DNA of 32,000 bases from Candidatus Brocadia sp. (GTDB lineage: Bacteria; Planctomycetota; Brocadiia; Brocadiales; Brocadiaceae), in the NCBI GenBank assembly GCA_021650915.1, contig CP091279.1:720001-752000 (forward strand), read 5' to 3'. Below, in pieces: positions 9,039-16,119 of this stretch. The stretch's first letter is position 1. The number at the start of each line of letters is the position of its first letter. Under the pieces are notes generated by a model. That model was given only the letters and a program-made list of their open reading frames with translations, was not told the DNA's origin and searched no databases. A program made the position numbers and the translations under genes.

Positions 9039-9094
9039 AGCCTTACTGCCGAAGATGTTCAAAATGAATATTTTTACAGTAAGGCTTTTTTATT
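9039..9094 (+). terminator. intrinsic terminator / riboswitch expression platform
   Basis: 10-bp stem agccttactg (9039-9048) pairs with cagtaaggct (9077-9086), followed by TTTTTaTTT. The 28-nt loop is long for a simple terminator. Confidence 0.5.
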
Positions 9095-9133
9095 TGCAAA
9101 AATTGAAGGAAGCCGCAGGCTTCAGAGGAAAAT

Positions 9134-9154
9134 GGTGGGCACTGCCCACCCTAC
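9134..9154 (-). repeat. REP-like GTAG-leader hairpin, inverted orientation
   Basis: GGTGGGC act GCCCACC followed by CTAC. On the minus strand this reads GTAG plus hairpin. Confidence 0.5.
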
Positions 9155-9161
9155 CCCTGGC

Positions 9162-9187
9162 TGGTTCAATCGTCCGCGATTGAACCA
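9162..9187. repeat. perfect hairpin (11-bp stem, 4-nt loop) with TGGTTCA arm
   Basis: tggttcaatcg tccg cgattgaacca. Confidence 0.6.
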
Positions 9188-9251
9188 AGATGTTTGGCAA
9201 GATTTCACATTTATTGCACGGGTTCATGCCCAGGCGTGCCATGCGAAACGT

Positions 9252-9278
9252 CTGGTTCAGTCTGCAAGACTGAACCAG
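9252..9278. repeat. perfect hairpin (12-bp stem, 3-nt loop) with CTGGTTCA arm
   Basis: ctggttcagtct gca agactgaaccag. Shares the CTGGTTCA arm start with the hairpin at 9162. Confidence 0.6.
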
Positions 9279-9344
9279 CTTAGAAAATTAGAGTTATAGT
9301 AGACATTCTATGTCAAGCTCTTTTTTTCTTTTAGAAAAAAATGA

Positions 9345-9541
9345 GCCGGGTAGGGTAGGCATCGCCTACCACGTATTTCGAATGCATGCGGGTAATTTAT
9401 ACGGATGTGGAATGAATGAAATGGTTGTGAACGATCTTGGCATGGAACGGATTTTGGTAACGGCGGGTTGTGCTTGCATTACTTCACATTTTGCCGGGTT
9501 TGATCTGGCAGGCGGCGCCATGCCCTACGTAAAAATTGTAT
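9345..9541 (+). repeat. A-type REPIN-like repeat, copy A1
   Basis: gccggGTAGG-GTAGGCatcGCCTAC hairpin, then a approx. 150-nt conserved core, then GGCAGGCggcGCCaTGCC-CTAC and gtaaaaattgta. Confidence 0.85.
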
Positions 9542-9675
9542 TCACAAATTCAAATTCTAACAAAAAGGCACGGGGTCAGGTCTTTATTCTTGCTGTTTGT
9601 GTTAAAAACCTGGCAGATTGGGGTGGGTCGTGGGGTCGCGCCTCGATTTGTGAATATTGCGTTGAAGTGTCTTAA

Positions 9676-9900
9676 TTACAAAAGTTGAAATACTGGCACT
9701 TGAATAGTTTTATATGAGCGATGCCGTTCGATGGCAATTTGGAGTTTGTCAACGGTTTCTGGAGAAAAATATTCTTCATTACAGTTTTCACATACCTCTG
9801 CTGGGACATTTTCCACGGCAACCAATTCCCCATGATACCATTGAGTGTACGTAATATATTTCTGGGTGGTTTTCCCCTGACATACTGAACATGTATTCAT
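9676..9900 (-). CDS. YgiT-type zinc-finger protein (MqsA-like antitoxin N-domain type)
   Basis: 74 aa with CxxC...CxxC (CSVCQG ... VPAEVCENCNEEYF). Lies immediately downstream of a DUF4258-type gene, a recurrent TA pairing. Confidence 0.75.
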   Translation of the reverse strand: MNTCSVCQGKTTQKYITYTQWYHGELVAVENVPAEVCENCNEEYFSPETVDKLQIAIERHRSYKTIQVPVFQLL

Positions 9901-9903
9901 AAT

Positions 9904-10206
9904 CTATTTTCTCCTTATTCTATTATCAATCCATTGCTCCGGGTCTGGTTCATATACAGTTACAATGCTTATAATTGGCAAAAGGGCTATTTGAACGTGT
10001 AGTGCTCTTCCCATAGCTGTTTTTCCATATACAAGGCAACTCGGTCCGTATTTATCGGAGGGGTAATTTTCAATTATTTCACCGGTTAAAATAGCTTGTT
10101 CAATCTCTTCGCCTGTTATATGACGGTTTATTCTTTGTTCCGTACCGTGTTTTGTATAACGAAATTTATTTTCAACAAGAGCTTTACGGATGATAGCAAT
10201 ATTCAC
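9904..10206 (-). CDS. DUF4258-family toxin candidate (start reassigned to GTG)
   Basis: The conserved part starts near NIAIIRKALVENKFRYTKHGTEQ. The tracked ATG at 10356 would add 50 aa that overlap an intron fragment. The GTG at 10204-10206 sits just downstream of a strong promoter. Confidence 0.65.
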   Translation of the reverse strand: MNIAIIRKALVENKFRYTKHGTEQRINRHITGEEIEQAILTGEIIENYPSDKYGPSCLVYGKTAMGRALHVQIALLPIISIVTVYEPDPEQWIDNRIRRK

Positions 10207-10213
10207 AAGATTA

Positions 10214-10242
10214 ATATAACATGGCGTTTTTCTCTGTGTCAA
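10214..10242 (-). promoter_or_regulatory. sigma70-type promoter of the DUF4258/YgiT operon
   Basis: Minus strand: TTGACA (10242-10237), a 17-nt spacer, then TTATAT (10219-10214). The start codon lies approx. 8 nt downstream, so the mRNA may be leaderless. Confidence 0.5.
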
Positions 10243-10291
10243 TGGAGAAAATAAAAGAGAGGAAGTCAGAGGGTCACCCTTAAATGTTAGC

Positions 10292-10520
10292 GTGCCCAGG
10301 AAATGGCACTGCTTTCTAGGGGGTGAAAGTCCCGACATGGTAAAAGCAGGAGCCATGTAGCTTGGATGGCAGGGGGTGATGGAAACATTACCTTCTGAAG
10401 CCCATCGACAAAGTCGGCGTAAGGCCGGTGTGCGAATATCCGGGTCGTAACTTACGTGAACGTAGATGTAGCCTCGTGAAAGTCAAGAACCACTGGCCGG
10501 GCTGGGGCTTGGTGTCACCC
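10292..10520 (+). mobile_element. group II intron 5' fragment (domain I part only)
   Basis: GUGCCCAGGAAAUGGCAC...GGGGGUGAAAGUCCC parallels the 5' end of intron 2 (GCGCCAAGGAAAGUUAGGCAC...GGGGUGAAAGUCCC). No RT ORF or domain V follows. Confidence 0.5.
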
Positions 10521-10555
10521 ATTAGAAGACTTTTGTCAATCGAAAAAGATTTTCT

Positions 10556-10673
10556 GTAGTTGAGTGGGGTGGATTAAGCGACAGCGAATCCACCAATCCG
10601 TCTTTTGTTGGGATATTATTGGTGGATTCGGCGCTAAAAGGCAAGCGCCTTAATCCACCCTACAAAAATTGTA
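10556..10673 (+). repeat. B-type REPIN-like repeat, copy B1
   Basis: GTAG leader, then GGTGGATTaagcgacagcgAATCCACC, a spacer, then GGTGGATTcggcgctaaaaggcaagcgccttAATCCACC-CTAC and aaaaattgta. Confidence 0.85.
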
Positions 10674-10864
10674 GCTCTATAGGTATCGCCTACCACGCAT
10701 TTCAAATGCATGCGGGAAATTTGTGCGGATGTGGAATGAATGAAATGGTTGTGAACGATCTTGACATGGAACGGATTTTGGTAATGGCGGGTTGCGCTTG
10801 CATTACCTCACATGTTACCGGGTTTGATCTGGCAGGCGGCGCCATGCCCTACGTAAAAATTGTA
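10671..10864 (+). repeat. A-type repeat, copy A2 (left hairpin degenerate)
   Basis: Roughly 90 percent identical to A1 across the core and right end (by eye). Confidence 0.85.
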
Positions 10865-10881
10865 TGGATACACAACTTGTA

Positions 10882-11016
10882 GCCGGGTAGGGTAGATTGC
10901 AACGGTACGAATGATTGGTGTTGGGTTTCACTCACGTTTTACCCAACCTACACAATTCGGTATTAAAGCCGGGTAAGATTGGGTTGAATGAAATGAAACC
11001 CAACGGATTTTTCAAT
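10882..11016 (+). repeat. C-type REPIN-like repeats, cluster C1
   Basis: GTTGGGTttcactcacgttttACCCAAC-CTAC, then gccggGTAAGaTTGGGTTgaatgaaatgaAACCCAAC. Confidence 0.8.
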
Positions 11017-11067
11017 GTTTATGAAGAGTTGGTGTTGGATTTTCATATGCCTTACCTGAAGTACCGA

Positions 11068-11490
11068 CTACAAAACGATAATTCCCTCTTTCTCAGCGGC
11101 TTGATTCAATTTTTCATCATTACTTGAAAAATACACCCGTGGCCCGATTTTGTGCTTTAGATTCATAGCTGATGCCAGGTGGATGGAATCAAAACCTCTG
11201 AGGAGGTGCTTTTCAGCAATATCACCTGCTGACCTTATCAATCCGTCGGTAACCTCAATGAGAAAATAGCTTTCCCAATCTCTATTGAAATCCTCTACAA
11301 TTTTTCGGAGTACTTTAGCAGAAAAACCGTCGTCTCTTTGTTTCCTTGCAAAGGCAGACCTTGCTTCTGCATATGCTACTTTTGAAGTTGATAGGACCGT
11401 TGCCTTGTGGACTATTTCTTGTATCGTATCAGAACCGATCTCATCTATATACAATTTAACCAGGTCGCTCGTATCGATGTAAACGATCAT
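11068..11490 (-). CDS. vapC: PIN-domain toxin (VapC-type)
   Basis: 140 aa with MIVYIDTSDLVKLY (acidic D near the N-terminus), GFDSIHLA and SSNDEKL acidic positions. Overlaps the upstream antitoxin gene by 4 nt. Confidence 0.8.
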   Translation of the reverse strand: MIVYIDTSDLVKLYIDEIGSDTIQEIVHKATVLSTSKVAYAEARSAFARKQRDDGFSAKVLRKIVEDFNRDWESYFLIEVTDGLIRSAGDIAEKHLLRGFDSIHLASAMNLKHKIGPRVYFSSNDEKLNQAAEKEGIIVL

Positions 11491-11762
11491 CTTCTATCTT
11501 CTATGACTATCTCAGAAACGGTTTTTCCCTTAACTTTAACGGAATGTATACTTCCCATTGGTTTGCCACCTTTCCATACAGCAAAACCCTCTTTAACCAG
11601 GGAAAGCAGTTTGGAATCCTCACCTACTCTCTCTACGGGAGTAATGGTGGCAATTATTTTCTCCCTTTCGGTAATTGCGATCTTTTCACCTTTCTTGATT
11701 TCCCGAAGATAATGACTCAATCTATTTTTTAATTCTTTTATGCCAACAGTAATCATGGACAC
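11487..11762 (-). CDS. Phd/YefM-type antitoxin
   Basis: 91 aa with N-terminal ITVGIKELKNRLSHYLREIKKGEKIAIT, typical of prevent-host-death antitoxins. Coupled to vapC. Confidence 0.75.
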   Translation of the reverse strand: MSMITVGIKELKNRLSHYLREIKKGEKIAITEREKIIATITPVERVGEDSKLLSLVKEGFAVWKGGKPMGSIHSVKVKGKTVSEIVIEDRR

Positions 11763-11792
11763 ATTGTAAAGTTAAGTAGCTACCTTTGTCAA
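11763..11792 (-). promoter_or_regulatory. promoter with embedded palindromic operator for the phd-vapC operon
   Basis: Minus strand: TTGACA (11792-11787), an 18-nt spacer, then TACAAT (11768-11763). The spacer contains the GTAGCTAC palindrome (11776-11783). The ATG follows almost immediately. Confidence 0.45.
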
Positions 11793-11854
11793 TAATAATT
11801 TAAAGCACAAAAGTAAGAATATTTTATCGGGGGGAGGCTGGGGGTCACACCTTG

Positions 11855-13808
11855 TCGCGCCAAGGAAAGTTAGGCACATTTTGCGGGGTGAAAGTCCCTG
11901 TCGGGTAAGGGATAGCCACCCACCCGTATCGAGTCTTGCGTCCAATGCGGAGCGTGTAAACGCGAACAAGAAGATTGGATGAGGCGTAGACAGAGAATTC
12001 TGTAGGCCGCAGGGGTGGTCACGCACCCTGAAGTGCTGGTACAGCTTCGAGATGACCTAACAAGCGGATGCCGAGGGGTTCAAGGTTTACCGAAGGCAAT
12101 ACAAGAACATCCGAAATGGCGAGGATGCGAAGATCCGCCGGAGTCTTCAGGCCGCGGCATGCAGAAACAGATGTGTCCAAGAACTTGGGAAGCCCCAATA
12201 GCTCCTGGAAGCAGAGCGGAACAGGCAGGCGGTGGAGTACGGTAAAAGGGAAAAAGCCGCTAGAAGCGATTGGGGTGTCTTATCAGGCATAGTACTCAGA
12301 GGTGGGGAAAGCCCGCTACAGGGGGAAGGACTTGACGGAAGTACGTAGCCCGCAAAGGAAACTTGAGCCGGACAATGCAGGGTCGGAAGAACTCAAGCAA
12401 ACCTCACTGCGGGGAATAGCAAACAAGGCGAAAGTCAACAAGCAACATCGGTTTCAGAATCTCAATAGGTGTCTGAATAAGTCACTGTTACGGGAGAGCT
12501 GGCGGGAGCTGAATAAGGATGCAGCCAGTGGCGTGGATAACGTTACAGCAGCAGAGTACGCAGAGCGCCTGGACAGCAACCTCCAAACATTGGCAGAGAG
12601 ACTGAAATCGAAGCGATACCGCGCCAAACTGGTGCGGCGCTGTTACATTCCTAAGGAAAACGGTAAAGAAAGACCCTTGGGCATACCAGCACTGGAAGAC
12701 AAGCTGGTGCAACTGGCCTGCACGAAATTGTTAACAGCAATATACGAGCAGGATTTTCTGGATTGTAGTCATGGGTACCGACCCAAACGCAGCGCGAAGG
12801 ATGCAGCAATAGTCCTGCGCAGGGAGTTACAAGGAGGGAGGTATGGCTACATCGTCGAGGCGGACATAAAAGGATTCTTCGATAATCTGGATCATGACTG
12901 GTTGCTGAAAATGCTGAGTCTTCGTATAGATGATCGGGCATTTCTGCACCTTATCAGCAAGTGGCTGAAAGCAGGAGTGCTTGATACCGATGGAACGGTG
13001 CTTCATCCGGAAAGTGGCTCTCCGCAAGGAGGAATTATCTCCCCGATCCTGGCGAATGTGTATCTGCACTACGCCCTGGATTTGTGGTTTCAGAAGGTGG
13101 TAAAAGCCCATTGTCGAGGTAAAGCGGAATTATGCCGCTATGCCGACGACTTTATCTGTGTGTTTCGTGATAAGCGAGATGCGGAAAGGTTTTATCAGGT
13201 GCTGCCAAAGCGGGTTGGAAAATTCTGCCTTCAGTTAGAGCAGAAGAAGACGCAGATTATGAGATTTAGTCGCTCTGATCCGCGCATGAAACAAGGGTTC
13301 AGCTTCCTGGGGTTTGAGTTTTACTGGAAGAAAGATCGTTGGGGGACACCACGAGTTATGTGCCGCACGTCCCGTAAGAAATTACAAGGGGCGTGTAGGA
13401 GGGTCAAGGAATGGATCAGGCAAAATCGGCATCTGCCAGGAAGTGAATTTTTCAAAGGATTAAACAGTCGGCTGAGAGGACACTACAATTATTATGGGAT
13501 AAAGTATAACTATCAATCGCTCAATCGCTTTTATAAATGGGCTATAGCATGTACCTTCAAATGGCTGAACAGGAGAGGCGGAAAGCGGAACAGTTATACA
13601 AAGGAGACGCTAGAGCGAATCCTGCGTCTCATAGGTATTGCAAGACCTCGAATTACGGAAGCCATTCGTTGAAAAATGTTTGTTTGTTGATGACGTCATG
13701 TACCGTGGAAGCGAGTACGACCGAGGAACCGGATGCGGGAAAACTGCACGTCCGGGACTGTGCGGGGGGTGCTGGGTAACTTACATTCCTACCGCGGAAT
13801 TTGTGATT
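11855..13808 (+). mobile_element. group II intron 2 (boundaries within about 15 nt)
   Basis: 5' GCGCCAAGGAAAG...GGGGUGAAAGUCCC, then the RT ORF. Domain V lies at approx. 13727-13758 (CCGGAUGCGGGAAAACUGCACGUCCGG). A domain-VI-like helix has a bulged A at 13791. Confidence 0.75.
12302..13672 (+). CDS. group II intron reverse transcriptase/maturase, no endonuclease domain
   Basis: 456 aa with RPLGIPALEDKLVQ, HGYRPKRSAKDA, PQGGIISPILANV, YADDFICVF and an X-domain-like RGHYNYYG. Start is a GTG in the track; the true start is uncertain. Confidence 0.9.
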   Translation: MGKARYRGKDLTEVRSPQRKLEPDNAGSEELKQTSLRGIANKAKVNKQHRFQNLNRCLNKSLLRESWRELNKDAASGVDNVTAAEYAERLDSNLQTLAERLKSKRYRAKLVRRCYIPKENGKERPLGIPALEDKLVQLACTKLLTAIYEQDFLDCSHGYRPKRSAKDAAIVLRRELQGGRYGYIVEADIKGFFDNLDHDWLLKMLSLRIDDRAFLHLISKWLKAGVLDTDGTVLHPESGSPQGGIISPILANVYLHYALDLWFQKVVKAHCRGKAELCRYADDFICVFRDKRDAERFYQVLPKRVGKFCLQLEQKKTQIMRFSRSDPRMKQGFSFLGFEFYWKKDRWGTPRVMCRTSRKKLQGACRRVKEWIRQNRHLPGSEFFKGLNSRLRGHYNYYGIKYNYQSLNRFYKWAIACTFKWLNRRGGKRNSYTKETLERILRLIGIARPRITEAIR

Positions 13809-13813
13809 ATTAA

Positions 13814-14005
13814 GCCGGGTAGCCGGGTAGGGTAGGCATCGCCTACCACGCATTTCGAATGCATGCGGGTAATTTATACGGATGTGGAACGGTTCAAATG
13901 AATGGGAACGACTCTGACATTGAACGGTTTCTTGCAATGGCGGGTTGTGCTTGCATTACTTCACATTTTGCCGGGTTTGATCTGGCAGGCGGTGCCATGC
14001 CCTAC
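13814..14005 (+). repeat. A-type repeat, copy A3 (divergent 48-nt internal segment)
   Basis: Same ends as A1. The right end runs directly into a RAYT-like start codon at 14037. Confidence 0.85.
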
Positions 14006-14036
14006 GTAAGATTTGTATGGATGGAAATATACAAAC

Positions 14037-14119
14037 ATGCCTAACTATCGGAGGGTGCGGATACCGGGGATAACCTATTTCTTTACGGTTGTTACCTACA
14101 AATTGAGCGCTCACTCAGC
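14037..14119 (+). pseudogene. 5' relic of a REP-associated tyrosine transposase (RAYT / IS200-like Y1 transposase) gene
   Basis: Encodes MPNYRRVRIPGITYFFTVVTYK, the characteristic N-terminus of RAYT/TnpA(REP) proteins. Homology stops after approx. 22 codons. Confidence 0.6.
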
Positions 14120-14132
14120 CGTGGAATTCTGG

Positions 14133-16119
14133 GTAGAGTAGGGAACTGGCTATCTATAGTTTAGGTTGGCCTATCTGTTTCTGCCCCTTTCGTCTGGCAG
14201 TGCCTCAGTAGCCTCACCATGCTATTTCGCCAGTCCTCCCTCATCAAACCGTGCTTGCGGTTTTCCCGCACACGGCTTTCCGATGCCCTTCACCATAAGG
14301 CATGCGCTATCTCCATACCGCTGTGGTCGGCACTTTGTAAAGACCATATCTCTCATATAACATGCTGTTTGTGTATCGCTTAAGCCCTGTCTTCCTGTCT
14401 CTGATTTTATGACGTCTGTACAGGTGTATCCGAAGCCGGAATTGAGCGTGTTCTCTTACTTGCTTGAGGACTCTGCTGCAATTGCGATAATGGAAGTATC
14501 CTGTCCATCCTATCAGTGCCGTATTCACCTCTTTGACTATCGCTTCAAACGGTAGAGGGGACCTGTTCCTGCTGGTAAGTGCCGTAATGTGGTCTTTTAT
14601 CTTCTTGAGAGATTTCTTCGACGGCTGAACATGGGGATAACTCTTCCCCGTGCGCCAATTCTTCCTCTTTTGAAGTTCAAACCCAAGAAAGGTAAATCCC
14701 TCTTTCATGGCGTCTACTACACGGCTCTTTGCCTCGTTTAACGTCAGTCCCAGTTTGTCCAGCACCCGCTTTGTTATCGCCATTGGCTGTTCAGTTCCTT
14801 GCCTGCACAGTACGACAAAGTCATCGGCAAAGCGTACTAATCTGGCTCCGAGTTTCTTCTCCAGTCGATGTCTCTCCCATATCCTGTCCAGGAGGTGCAG
14901 GTAGAGATTGGCTAGTAACGGTGAGATTACTCCTCCTTGAGGTGTGCCTTTCCGGTTCCCTTTACCTCCGCCGATGTTCCTTTGTTTTCCGTCTCTGCCT
15001 TTTTCTATGACCGGAGCCTTGAGCCACGTCTTTATCAGGTGCAGTATCTCACCGTCACTGATGCGCTCTGCTACCACAGCCATAAGCTTGGCATGGGGGA
15101 TGGTGTCAAAGTATTTGGACAGGTCGGCGTCTATGATTTCGGTATATCCCTTGTTGAGGGTATATGCTACGTCATCTACGGCATCGTGGGCAGATTTCTT
15201 CGGCCTGAACCCGTATGAACATTCGCAGAAATCGGCTTCAAAAATGGGTTCTATGACCAGTTTTACGGCCATCTGCGCTACCCTGTCACGGATGGTGGGA
15301 ATGCCTAACGGGCGTTCCGTTCCGTCCGTCTTGGGTATCATTACTCGTTTTACAGGGCTTGCTTGATAGGTCTTGCTCCTGAGTGCTTCTTGCAGTTCCG
15401 CCAGAAAGGCGGATACCCCTTCTCTTTCCTCGATGGCCTCGAAGGTTACGCCGTCTATCCCGGCGCTCCCTTTGTTGGCACGGACAAGGGTGTAAGCATG
15501 ACTGAGGATGTCTGCCCGGAATACCTTGTCATAGAGGGCGTAGAAGCGGTAGGTTGGTTCTTGCTTGGCCTTTCGGTATAGCTTCCTCTGTAGTATCCTG
15601 ATCTTTTCCGGGGTTGTTAGCATTTCTGCAATCTCCCTTTTCCTCTACTCTTCGGTTGCATGAACAAAGCAGGGTTCCTTTCCTCGAACAGGGTTTTGTT
15701 GTCCCTTGTCCTCAAACGGTATCATGAACCCCTCCGACTCCCTATACAGCCCGCTGTGATTTCGTTTCCTTATACAGAGCGGTTTATGCCCCTCAAACAT
15801 TACTGCATAGGGTCTCCAGCACTGGTCTGTTTATCTTCCACTGCATGCCGCCCCTGCTACCCCGGAAGATATTACAGACTCCTTCCGTTGCCTGAGTCTG
15901 CAATCTTCGGCCTTCCCCACGTGTCCACGGGGTCGGCATCTTCAATTTGTATTGACGAGGCTACTTGTAGGTTCGCTTGCGCTGCGGCCTGCGGTTTTGC
16001 CAATTGGGAACTTACGACCCCTGATTGCTCAGACGCCGCTCCCTTGAACTACCGGGGTGAACGGATAATTCCCCGGACGGGACTTTAACCCGTAAGAATA
16101 AACAAATGTTACTGCGTAC
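14133..16119 (-). mobile_element. group II intron 3, boundaries defined by an intact paralogous target site
   Basis: A 1987-bp insertion relative to the uninterrupted paralog at 16748-16793. The minus strand starts GUACGCAG and ends CUCUAC. Canonical domain V lies at 14246-14278 (AAGCCGUGUGCGGGAAAACCGCAAGCACGGUUU). Confidence 0.85.
14307..15623 (-). CDS. group II intron reverse transcriptase/maturase, no endonuclease domain
   Basis: 438 aa with RPLGIPTIRDRVAQMA, YGFRPKKSAHDA, PQGGVISPLLANLYLH, FADDFVVLC and GWTGYFHYRN. Confidence 0.9.
   Translation of the reverse strand: MLTTPEKIRILQRKLYRKAKQEPTYRFYALYDKVFRADILSHAYTLVRANKGSAGIDGVTFEAIEEREGVSAFLAELQEALRSKTYQASPVKRVMIPKTDGTERPLGIPTIRDRVAQMAVKLVIEPIFEADFCECSYGFRPKKSAHDAVDDVAYTLNKGYTEIIDADLSKYFDTIPHAKLMAVVAERISDGEILHLIKTWLKAPVIEKGRDGKQRNIGGGKGNRKGTPQGGVISPLLANLYLHLLDRIWERHRLEKKLGARLVRFADDFVVLCRQGTEQPMAITKRVLDKLGLTLNEAKSRVVDAMKEGFTFLGFELQKRKNWRTGKSYPHVQPSKKSLKKIKDHITALTSRNRSPLPFEAIVKEVNTALIGWTGYFHYRNCSRVLKQVREHAQFRLRIHLYRRHKIRDRKTGLKRYTNSMLYERYGLYKVPTTAVWR

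Noticed and set aside
9310-9675. Tracked ORFs inside the repeats (9310-9675, 10619-10882, 13859-14044, 16855-17136, 18976-19161) as real protein genes
   Set aside because: - They are the same repeat read in one frame, and they run through the terminal hairpins.
- Their starts and ends are inconsistent between copies, and one copy has lost its ATG.
- They are kept only as a low-probability hypothesis in the findings.
10310-10340. Cobalamin riboswitch-like GGUGAAAGUCCC box (also at 11896 and, on the minus strand, near 16085)
   Set aside because: - The motif recurs at the same distance from each group II intron 5' end, so it is part of intron domain I.
- No GCCACUG box and no regulated downstream gene are present.
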